A stretch of 32,000 bases of DNA from Schaalia meyeri (GTDB taxonomy: Bacteria > Actinomycetota > Actinomycetes > Actinomycetales > Actinomycetaceae), in NCBI RefSeq assembly GCF_900105015.1, contig NZ_FNLK01000010.1:60001-92000 (forward strand). Reading direction: 5' to 3'. Position numbers and translations under genes: made by a program. This document shows, in pieces, positions 1 to 8,449 of the stretch (within the stretch, counting starts at the first letter, position 1; each line of letters starts with the position of its first letter). The notes under the pieces were generated by a model. It saw only the letters and a program-made list of their open reading frames with translations, was not told the DNA's origin and made no database searches.

Positions 1-194
1 GCGTGGTCGCGCTGGCTCTGGCCAGACCCTTTGTTTCCTGGTTCGACATGAATGGCGTGTCCTGGGTCGGTGTGGTCGCCTACGCGTCAGGCGTCCTGGT
101 TCTGGCGGTGTTCCTTGCACGCGATTACTGCAGGCTCTCGGACTCTCCCGCTGCCGCGCTCGGGGACCGGGAGGATGCGCCCACGGGCGCGTGA
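1..194 (+). CDS. 3' end of an ORF entering from upstream; hydrophobic C-terminal fragment, product unknown
   Basis: Open frame from the window edge to TGA at 192-194. The translation contains a hydrophobic stretch (VSWVGVVAYASGVLVLAVFLA). No recognisable motif. Confidence 0.25.
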   Translation, partial: VVALALARPFVSWFDMNGVSWVGVVAYASGVLVLAVFLARDYCRLSDSPAAALGDREDAPTGA

Positions 195-330
195 GGGGCG
201 AGGGACGCGTCGATGGGGTCGCGGGATTGACGCGCCAGATCGTGATCTTTGCCCCCGCGCCCGGCCGCGGTGCCCCCAGGCGGTTCGAACCACGTACCCT
301 GGTGTCAGTTCATGAAGACGAGGAGACACC

Positions 331-1308
331 ATGGCCGCACACAGCGGGCGCCCCGGCGCCATCCGTAAGAAGGGCACGAAGAAGGGCGCGCAGGTGGGCA
401 CGGGCGGGCATTCTCGCCGCCGCCTCGAAGGCAAGGGACCCACCCCCAAGGCCGAGGATCGGCCCTACCATCCCGCCCACAAGCGCAAGATTACGCGCGA
501 GGCCCGCGAGGCTCGCGAGGCCGCCATCGCACGGGCCCGCGCCAAGTCCTCCATCCGAATCAAGCCGGGCCACGAGCTGATCGCCGGCCGTAACCCCGTC
601 GCCGAGGCGGCCCGGGCCGCGGTCCCGATCGAGCGCGTCTTCATCCTGGATAACGTCAAGGATGATCGCGTGGAAGAGGTCGTGCGCCTGGCCTCAGCTA
701 TGGGCGCCCCGGTCTATGAGGTCACCCGCCGAGACCTGGATGTCGCGACCGACGGGGCCGTCCACCAGGGCGTGGCAATCGAGGTGCGCGGCTACGAGTA
801 CGCCGACGCCTCCGATCTCATCGCGGGTTCCCTGCAGCAGCTGGGTCACCCCCTGCTGATCGCCCTCGACCAGGTGACGGACCCCCACAACTTGGGTGCG
901 GTCCTGCGCAGCGCGGGAGCGTTCGGGGCGGACGGCGTTCTGATCCCTGAGCGCCGCAGCGCGGGTGTCAACGCGACCGCCTGGAAGGTGTCGGCGGGCG
1001 CCGCGGCGCGCGTGCCCGTGGCACGTGCGACGAACCTGGTGCGCGCCCTGGAGGAGGCGAAGCGGGCCGGTTACTTCGTGGTCGGCCTGGACGGTGGTGG
1101 GGATGCGCCGCTGCGGGGCCTGCCGCTGGCGGACGGACCGCTCGTCATCGTGACGGGCGCGGAGGGCACCGGCCTGTCGCGGCTGGTGCGCGAGACCTGC
1201 GACCAGATCGTGTCCATCCCGATCGCCTCGACCGTTGAGTCCCTGAACGCCGCGGTCGCCACGGGCATCGCCCTGTACGAGGTGGCGTCGCTGCGCGCCC
1301 AGGATTAA
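331..1308 (+). CDS. rlmB: 23S rRNA (guanosine-2'-O)-methyltransferase RlmB, SpoU/TrmH family
   Basis: 325-aa ORF with GAGGAG a few nt upstream of ATG 331. It has a Lys/Arg-rich N-terminal extension and SpoU-type motifs (LDQVTDPHNLGAVLRSAGAFG, IVTGAEGTGLS, IPIASTVESLNAAVATGIALYE). Confidence 0.9.
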   Translation: MAAHSGRPGAIRKKGTKKGAQVGTGGHSRRRLEGKGPTPKAEDRPYHPAHKRKITREAREAREAAIARARAKSSIRIKPGHELIAGRNPVAEAARAAVPIERVFILDNVKDDRVEEVVRLASAMGAPVYEVTRRDLDVATDGAVHQGVAIEVRGYEYADASDLIAGSLQQLGHPLLIALDQVTDPHNLGAVLRSAGAFGADGVLIPERRSAGVNATAWKVSAGAAARVPVARATNLVRALEEAKRAGYFVVGLDGGGDAPLRGLPLADGPLVIVTGAEGTGLSRLVRETCDQIVSIPIASTVESLNAAVATGIALYEVASLRAQD

Positions 1309-1342
1309 GAAACCTGTGGCCCTGGCTGCGGGGGTGCCTAAG

Positions 1343-1370
1343 CCTGCGGGCGCTACCTGGTGCCCGCAGG
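1343..1370. terminator. Hairpin between convergent rlmB and the WXG100 gene; candidate bidirectional terminator
   Basis: Perfect 9-bp stem CCTGCGGGC (1343-1351) / GCCCGCAGG (1362-1370) with a 10-nt loop, followed by CCATTCTTGT. It lies between two convergent stop codons. Confidence 0.55.
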
Positions 1371-1476
1371 CCATTCTTGTCGGACGCCTTGCGCATCGCG
1401 CCTTTGCGCCCTGCGCATCGGGGTCAGGGGGCCGTGGGACAGATGGGGTTAACTGTGGGGGACTCCGCCTGCCATC

Positions 1477-1767
1477 TCAGTTTCCCCACAACGCGGAGAC
1501 CTTTTGCTCCGCTTCGCTGTAGGCCTCCAGCGCCGATTCCAGCGCCTTTTTATTGGCCGTCAGGCGCTCTGCGATCTGCCGCAGTTGCTTTTCGTCCCGG
1601 ATGATGCGGTCCAGCGCCGCGGTCGCCGCCTCACCTTCCCAGTTGTTTGCCAGAAATGCTGCTGTCTGTGGGACGCCGTCGATGCGCGCCTCGAGTTCCT
1701 GGGCTCGTGCCCCCAGGGTGGTGGCCAGGGACTGGAGTTCGCCCGCGTTGACGAATATCTCTGTCAC
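1477..1767 (-). CDS. WXG100-family protein (ESAT-6-like type VII secretion substrate), 96 aa
   Basis: GTG start at 1767-1765 preceded by AAGGAAG. The track ORF 1477..1947 extends further upstream with non-protein-like sequence. The product is about 96 aa and predicted helical, with a central W-E-G (WxG) at residues 43-45 and a C-terminal YSEAE (YxxxD/E export-type motif). Confidence 0.85.
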   Translation of the reverse strand: MTEIFVNAGELQSLATTLGARAQELEARIDGVPQTAAFLANNWEGEAATAALDRIIRDEKQLRQIAERLTANKKALESALEAYSEAEQKVSALWGN

Positions 1768-1950
1768 GGATGCTTCCTTAATCCTGTTGTTACTGGTTGG
1801 ATTCCAGGATTCCCGCACGTTACGGGTGGTCGTTCGATCTGCTCGCGGACCGGCGCGAACGGTTCCTGGAGGGCGAAAGGACCCCCGCCGACACGCCGTT
1901 TTTGGCGCTTGAGGGCGGGCCAATTGCCTTGCGCCATAAAGTAACACACT

Positions 1951-2616
1951 CTATAAAAACTCAGCAGCGAGCGTCTGATAGGTGGAGCCGTGCATCGTGC
2001 CGCGGTGGCTGCTACGAGCGTTTGCCGAAGAGCCGCGTCCTGTCCATGCCTCGTTCTTGGCGGCCTTGCGCATGATCGCGATGCTGCGCCAGTACAGGAC
2101 GTGATCCTTCGGCAGGTTGCCGCTGAGGAAGTAGCGTGGATAGCTCAGCAGGATTCCCTGCCGACCGAGGGCGTCCGTGAGTTCGGCGAGGGCCGTATCC
2201 ATGTACGCGTTGGTAACAGAGGGGTCCGATACTAGTTCAGCGTCGAAGCACCATAGCTCGCTCGCCGGGCGGCCCCCGACGGAGCTGGCGCGGGCAGCAA
2301 TGATGATCCGGGTCTTTTCCTGCCGGGCTCGCTTGACCGATTTGGGGGCGAGGGATGGAAAGATGTTAATGATCGGGATGTCTTCGATGGCTGGCGAGAT
2401 GAGGGAGTGTCGCAGGTCGCTGCCGGTGATGATCTCGGTGCCGACCCAGCCGTGCTTGGCGAGCTGGTCGCTCACCCCTGGGGTTTCTCCCCTGGCCCCG
2501 GTGGAGATCCAGTAGTCGACACAGCGTGAGACAGCCTGATGTGGGTTGGTCGCCACCTGTGCGACCATGTAGCGGTGTCGGTCGTAAAGCCTGCGCAGTG
2601 AGAAACGTGGGGTCAT
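1951..2616 (-). CDS. Paralog D of an unassigned tandem family (221 aa), intact
   Basis: ATG 2616-2614 overlaps the TGA of paralog C (ATGA). It shares LYDRHRYMVAQV, AVSRCVDYW, ELWCF and MDTALAELTDAL..GILL..P.YF..GNLPKDHV blocks with paralogs B and C. The longer track ORF (to 2856) is Pro/Arg-rich and overlaps C. Confidence 0.7.
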   Translation of the reverse strand: MTPRFSLRRLYDRHRYMVAQVATNPHQAVSRCVDYWISTGARGETPGVSDQLAKHGWVGTEIITGSDLRHSLISPAIEDIPIINIFPSLAPKSVKRARQEKTRIIIAARASSVGGRPASELWCFDAELVSDPSVTNAYMDTALAELTDALGRQGILLSYPRYFLSGNLPKDHVLYWRSIAIMRKAAKNEAWTGRGSSANARSSHRGTMHGSTYQTLAAEFL

Positions 2617-3320
2617 GAGCGGCCTCCACGCGAAAAGTGACTCGTGAATGGTGCAGTCGTGTCGCCCCGCGTGGCCGCGAGGCTGGCGGGTGCCAGGACG
2701 TGGTCGTCGGGCAGGTTCGCAGGATTGACGAGGCGTGGGGGCCCCAGGAGGATGCCCTGGCAGTGGAGGGATGCGTGCAGATACGCGTACACGCGGGTGA
2801 GGGGATCCGTGCCCGGCTGGGCGCGCTGGATGAGTCTGTCCCACGGGAAACACCATAGCTCGGTCGAGGCCCGCCCCGCGTATGTGGAGGGGTGGGCCGC
2901 GATGATGATGGTCCGCTTGTTGAGTTGTGCGCGCACGGCCTTCAACGTGAGGTACGCGGCGAGTCCTCCCAGCGCAACAACGAGAAAGGGGTCCGGGGAA
3001 CCGCCGGGCGCCTCAATTCCGACGAGGTCCGGCATCCGGGTTGTCTTGACGACGACCGTGAGTTCGGTGCCTGACCAGCTGCGGTTCGCGAGCTCCTTGG
3101 CTATCGCGCGCGACTCTCCCGAGACGTTGATAGCGCGCCAGAAGTCGACGCACCGCGCGACCGCCTCGTCGGGCGGGCACGACACGTCGAACACCGTCAT
3201 GTGACGGCGTTGAAAAACAGGGTGCTTTCGTGCGATGATCCGAAGGTGGGCAGTGCGGATTCTAGGTAAGGAATTGCGAGACCCGTCGCTACTCTTCCCG
3301 CCTGCCTGGTGGATGCCCAT
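2613..3320 (-). CDS. Paralog C of the tandem family (235 aa), intact
   Basis: ATG 3320-3318 overlaps the TAA of paralog B (TAATG). Family homology (VFQRRHMTVFDV vs LFDRRRFAAYQV / LYDRHRYMVAQV) extends upstream of the internal ATG at 3200, so the 3320 start is preferred. It contains AVARCVDFW, ELWCF and GILLGPP...LPDDHV. Confidence 0.65.
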   Translation of the reverse strand: MGIHQAGGKSSDGSRNSLPRIRTAHLRIIARKHPVFQRRHMTVFDVSCPPDEAVARCVDFWRAINVSGESRAIAKELANRSWSGTELTVVVKTTRMPDLVGIEAPGGSPDPFLVVALGGLAAYLTLKAVRAQLNKRTIIIAAHPSTYAGRASTELWCFPWDRLIQRAQPGTDPLTRVYAYLHASLHCQGILLGPPRLVNPANLPDDHVLAPASLAATRGDTTAPFTSHFSRGGRS

Positions 3321-3535
3321 TAGCGATTGTTGTTCGTTCGTGTATCGGTCTTGGCAGTACGTTGCATTGTCACCATATTTGCCCTGCCAAAGGGGTGGCT
3401 TTCGGGAAGGCTCCCTCCGAGGAAATAATTTGGAGGCCCCAGTATGATCCTTTGCTTCGTGAGAGAATTCGTGAGGTCGTTCAGGGCTGTATCCATGAAT
3501 CCGTTCGTATCTGAATCCGCTGATAGGCCTTTGGA
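3320..3535 (-). pseudogene. Paralog B, C-terminal fragment, separated from its N-terminal part by the IS
   Basis: The frame not listed in the track reads ...KGLSADSDTNGFMDTALNDLTNSLTKQRIILGPPNYFLGGSLPESHPF...NNNR*, matching the C-terminal block of paralogs A and D. It joins in frame to 4972-5360 once the IS and one TSD copy are removed. Confidence 0.8.
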
Positions 3536-3557
3536 GGCTCTTCATAATTGAGGGTGT
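3536..3557. repeat. IS left terminal inverted repeat
   Basis: GGCTCTTCATAATTGAGGGTGT is the exact reverse complement of 4950-4971. Confidence 0.9.
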
Positions 3558-3654
3558 GGGGGTGGTATGCGGGGTTCGGTGTGTCGTGGCCGGGTAGGGG
3601 TCGAGGTCTTCCGATGATGGGGGTTCCTACACCGTCCATCCGAAAGACCTCGAC

Positions 3655-4965
3655 ATGTCCAATGCTACCTTTGGTCGCCCTGACCTGAGCGCCTTCACGG
3701 GCCTGGATGACCTAGGACTGGAAGTGATGGGTCAGCGTGTAGGAGGCGATCGGACCGTCTTGGCCTGCAAGGTAGTGGGTGAGGATCGGTGGTGCCGACA
3801 GTGTGGGGGCGAGGGCGTCGTACGCGACACGGTGATCAGGCGCTTGGCTCACGTACCCTACGGGTGGCACCCCACCATGTTGCACGTGAGCGTGCGCCGC
3901 TACCGCTGCCAGACGTGTGCTCACGTGTGGCGTCAAAACATGAGTGCAGCAGCCGATCCGCGCGCGAAGCTCTCGCGCGCAGCGGTGCGCTGGGCGCTGG
4001 TGGGCCTGGTGGTCCACCATCTGACGGTGGCGCGCATCGCCGACGTATTGGCCGTGTCATGGAACACTGCCAATACCGCGATCTTAGGTGAAGGCCAGCG
4101 CATACTCATCGATGATCCTGATCGTTTCGAGGGAGTGTGCGTCATCGGTGTTGATGAGCACGTGTGGCGCCACACCCCTTACGGCGACAAATACGTCACC
4201 GTCATCTTGGACTTGACTCCTATACGAGACCGTCGTGGTCCCTCCCGGCTCCTGGATATGGTCCCAGGCCGCTCCAAGCAGGTCTTCAAAACCTGGCTCT
4301 CTTCCCAGCCCGACACGTGGCGCGAGAACATCGAGGTCGTAGCGATGGATGGATTCACCGGGTTCAAAAGCGCAGCCGCTGAAGAACTCTCAGACGCAAC
4401 CGCGGTCATGGACCCCTTCCACGTCGTACACCTTGCCGGTGATGCTCTCGATGAGTGTCGCAGGCGCATCCAGCAAGAACTCCACCACCGGCGTGGGCGT
4501 GCCACCGATCCCCTGTACAAGGCCCGCAGAATGTTACACACCAGATCCTGCCTGCTCACCCCGCGCCAACAACACCGGATCCTCGACCTGTTCGCCAGCG
4601 ATTGCCACGTCGCCCTCGAAGTCACCTGGAGCGTCTACCAGAGTATTATCGACGCCTACCGCGATCCCAATAAAATCCGCGGTAAGGCCCTGATGCAAGC
4701 CGAAATAGACCGTCTCAGCAACGCGGGTGTCCCTCGCTCCCTCACGGAGATCATCACACTGGGAAGAACGCTCAAACGCCGATCCCGGGACATCCTGGCT
4801 TACTTCGATCATCCACACACCAGCAACGGTCCTACCGAAGCGATCAACGGACGTCTCGAACACCTACGCGGATCCGCACTCGGGTTCCGAAACCTCACCA
4901 ACTACATCACCCGCTGCCTCCTCGAAACAGGAGGATTCAGACCCCAACTACACCCTCAATTATGA
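3655..4965 (+). CDS. ISL3-family transposase (436 aa)
   Basis: N-terminal CxxC...CxxC zinc-finger pattern (CRQCGG ... CQTCAH) followed by a long DDE-type region, which is the ISL3 transposase layout. The stop codon lies inside the right IR. Confidence 0.85.
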   Translation: MSNATFGRPDLSAFTGLDDLGLEVMGQRVGGDRTVLACKVVGEDRWCRQCGGEGVVRDTVIRRLAHVPYGWHPTMLHVSVRRYRCQTCAHVWRQNMSAAADPRAKLSRAAVRWALVGLVVHHLTVARIADVLAVSWNTANTAILGEGQRILIDDPDRFEGVCVIGVDEHVWRHTPYGDKYVTVILDLTPIRDRRGPSRLLDMVPGRSKQVFKTWLSSQPDTWRENIEVVAMDGFTGFKSAAAEELSDATAVMDPFHVVHLAGDALDECRRRIQQELHHRRGRATDPLYKARRMLHTRSCLLTPRQQHRILDLFASDCHVALEVTWSVYQSIIDAYRDPNKIRGKALMQAEIDRLSNAGVPRSLTEIITLGRTLKRRSRDILAYFDHPHTSNGPTEAINGRLEHLRGSALGFRNLTNYITRCLLETGGFRPQLHPQL

Positions 4966-4971
4966 AGAGCC
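4950..4971. repeat. IS right terminal inverted repeat
   Basis: ACACCCTCAATTATGAAGAGCC is the exact reverse complement of 3536-3557. Confidence 0.9.
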
Positions 4972-5360
4972 CCTTTGGACTCGAAACACCAAAGCTCACT
5001 GACATCCCTGCCCTGCTTCGAGTTAACACGGGCGACGATAGAAATCCAGGTCTTCTCTTGGACGGCTCGGGCCACCTTCTTAGGAATCAGAGGCCTCAGG
5101 AGAGTGCGTGGAAGGTCATTATTAAACGGTGAGAGGAAAAAACTACGCAGGGTACTTCCAAATATTAGTTCAGTCCCCGCCCACCCATGCTGGGCGAATT
5201 GGTCCCGCATGCCCGAAACCTCGCTGTGTGCACCGATAGAGACCCAAAAATCCTTACAGCGAGCAACGGCATCGTGCGGAGTCAGTGTCACCTGGTAGGC
5301 TGCGAAACGCCGCCGATCAAACAGCTTATTACCAGGTGTTGGTGGGGTTATCGAAGCCAT
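4972..5360 (-). pseudogene. Paralog B, N-terminal fragment, truncated by the IS
   Basis: ATG 5360-5358 with GGAG 7 nt upstream. It contains LFDRRRFAAYQV, AVARCKDFW and ELWCFESKG, then reads into the IS and stops (..ALHN*). Confidence 0.8.
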
Positions 5361-5875
5361 GTGATATCTCCGGGTTGGTCGGGATAATAGGGTTGTTGTT
5401 CTTTGTATCTCGGCGAAGTCTCATCACACCGAGGTCGGAAAACACATGATCGCGGGGGAGGTCGCCGCCTCGGAAGAAATGGGGCGTGCCCAGCAAGAGG
5501 CTCTGCTTGGCGAATGCTTCCCCGATGTCTGCGAGCGTGGACTTCATGAAAGCGTCCGTGAGAGCGGGTTCCCTGAACGAATCTTTCACGAGGAAGCGAA
5601 ACGTGCAGTGGCGATCCGTCCCGCCGATCGTAAATTGGCTGCCGATGAAACCGCGTTGTGCGTCCTGGATTAGACTGAGTACGCCGTCGCCAATGTTAAC
5701 GACGGTCTGATTGATCGGGTGGAAGGCCATCAAAAGAAGACCACTTGCGTCTTCGCCCTGTGCGAAAGTTCCCCACTGATTCAGGAAGCGGCGCATCTCG
5801 GGGAGATGATCGGATCCCTGGCGCCAAGCACTTGCTGGGCGAGCGATAGGTCCGCATACTCGACGGATAGTGTCA
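5329..5875 (-). pseudogene. Paralog A: apparent +1/-1 frameshift near 5800-5815 (or a shorter 155-aa protein starting at ATG 5796)
   Basis: ATG 5875-5873 has a GAGGA RBS and encodes MTLSVEYADLSLAQQV..., which resembles the family N-terminus, but it stops after 31 codons. Family homology (PEMRRFLNQW, then LTDAFMKSTLADIGEAF..SLLLGTPHFFRGGDLPRDHV) continues in another frame down to the stop at 5329. Confidence 0.5.
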
Positions 5876-6020
5876 TGATTCCTCGTTATGTGTCGAAGCT
5901 CTGGTGGTTGGTTTCCGCCGACGTTGTTTCCTGAGCTCGGCGGCGAGCTGTTTTCCCTGTAGGTGAAAGTAGCACAGGTAGTCAGAGTTCGTCGATGCAT
6001 GAGCAGGCCGACTCGCGGGC

Positions 6021-6026
6021 TATCAT
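6021..6026 (+). promoter_or_regulatory. Possible -10 box (TATCAT) 6 nt upstream of the GTG start, suggesting a leaderless transcript
   Basis: The sequence reads TATCAT-cgtccc-GTG(6033). No SD-like sequence is present. Leaderless mRNAs are common in Actinobacteria. Confidence 0.3.
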
Positions 6027-6032
6027 CGTCCC

Positions 6033-6527
6033 GTGAGCATCCTTGGAACCGTGATCGTCGGCGTCGTCATCGCGATCGGAGTGGTCGGCGCGGTCGTGCA
6101 GATCTGGCCCTCTTCGCCCCTCATCGGCGGTGCGATCCTGGTGTGGGCGTGGATGAGCGGCACGCGCGCCGCGTGGGTCGTCCTGGCCCTCACGGTCGTC
6201 ATCCTCACAGTGGGAACGGTACTCAAATACGTGATCCCCGCGCGCGGCATGAGCAAGGCCGGGATCCCCCAATCAACCCTCATCTGGGGCGGCATCGGCG
6301 GCCTCATGGGCTGGTTCCTGGGCCTGCCCGTCGGCCTCCTCCTGGGCATGATCGCGGCCATCTTCCTGGTCGAATACCTGCGCAGCCGCGAAGCGTCCAC
6401 GGCCTGGAAATCCACCCTCCACGCACTCAAGGCGTACGGCTGGACCATCGCCATCGAACTGTTCGCAGCGCTGGCCTCCGCGACCCTGTGGGGCATCGGC
6501 GTTGCCATGGTCGCCTCCGGAAGCTAA
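6033..6527 (+). CDS. Small integral membrane protein, DUF456-like
   Basis: 164-aa ORF with four or so hydrophobic helices and Gly-rich segments (IWGGIGGLMGWFLGLPVGLLLGMIAAIFLVEYLRSR), which is reminiscent of DUF456. Confidence 0.6.
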   Translation: MSILGTVIVGVVIAIGVVGAVVQIWPSSPLIGGAILVWAWMSGTRAAWVVLALTVVILTVGTVLKYVIPARGMSKAGIPQSTLIWGGIGGLMGWFLGLPVGLLLGMIAAIFLVEYLRSREASTAWKSTLHALKAYGWTIAIELFAALASATLWGIGVAMVASGS

Positions 6528-7922
<1,395 letters not shown>

Positions 7923-8295
7923 AACTCCCACCGCCCCTGCTTGCCCCAAACAGACCAAAAGTGGCCGTTGCTGGGGTGCGGGGGTGGTCTCGGTTTCACC
8001 GGGCGGGCGCATGTCGCGCGCAGGGGCGGTGTGGGTTTCGGGCGAGGTCGGCAGGGCACCCGGCGCTCCACGCCGTGGATGGGTGCTCCACGCCATCGCT
8101 GCCCGGATACGACAAGGCACGCCGAACCGAATGCGCCTGTCGGCGTGAAGGCCGCTCGTAGCGGCAGAGTTTGGAGCCCGGGGCATACCGGTCCGGCGTG
8201 CTCAATAACTGTACGGCGTGCCTCGCGCGGTCGCATCCCGTGGGGACGTGCAGCAACCCACACCGGCCCGCTCCGCGCCCTCTCCAGCTCCCGCG

Positions 8296-8328
8296 GCTCA
8301 CCCGGGGTGGGTGTTCCCCCGGGTGAGC
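8296..8328. other. Perfect 12-bp GC-rich hairpin in the noncoding region
   Basis: GCTCACCCGGGG (8296-8307) and CCCCGGGTGAGC (8317-8328) with a 9-nt loop. There is no U-tract on either strand. Confidence 0.6.
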
Positions 8329-8342
8329 GGACCTGCGACAGT

Positions 8343-8372
8343 GCCTCGTCCCCGCCCGGCACGGACATGTGG
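8343..8372. repeat. 30-nt direct repeat, copy 1
   Basis: GCCTCGTCCCCGCCCGGCACGGACATGTGG is identical to 8405-8434. Confidence 0.85.
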
Positions 8373-8404
8373 ACGCCTCGGATCGCGGTCCCGGAAACGG
8401 GATG

Positions 8405-8434
8405 GCCTCGTCCCCGCCCGGCACGGACATGTGG
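8405..8434. repeat. 30-nt direct repeat, copy 2; ends 15 nt before ATG 8450
   Basis: Identical to 8343-8372. The 62-nt offset is not a multiple of 3, and the flanks diverge immediately. Confidence 0.85.
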
Positions 8435-8449
8435 GACCATGGAAGAGTG

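Larger units (their letters stand above)
3536..4971 (+). mobile_element. ISL3-family insertion sequence (1436 bp)
   Basis: Perfect 22-bp terminal inverted repeats GGCTCTTCATAATTGAGGGTGT (3536-3557 and the reverse complement at 4950-4971). The GGCTCTT terminus is typical of ISL3. The 8-bp direct repeats CCTTTGGA at 3528-3535 and 4972-4979 are identical. A single 436-aa transposase ORF lies inside. Confidence 0.9.

Noticed and set aside
270-300. tRNA T-loop-like GGTTCGAACC
   Set aside because: The flanking bases cannot form a T-stem or acceptor stem (GGCGG vs CACGT), and no cloverleaf can be drawn.
1951-2856. Track ORF of 301 aa for paralog D, and 5329-6000 (223 aa) for paralog A
   Set aside because: The upstream extensions are Pro/Arg-rich or otherwise non-homologous to the family and overlap neighbouring genes or promoter regions. 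The ATGA-coupled start at 2616 (D) and the RBS-supported start at 5875 (A) fit the paralog alignment.
2613-3545. Track ORF of 310 aa, suggesting a much longer paralog C
   Set aside because: Its ATG (3545-3543) lies inside the IS left inverted repeat. Codons 1-75 read the paralog-B 3' fragment in the wrong frame. The native start is ATG 3320, on the TAATG overlap with B's stop.
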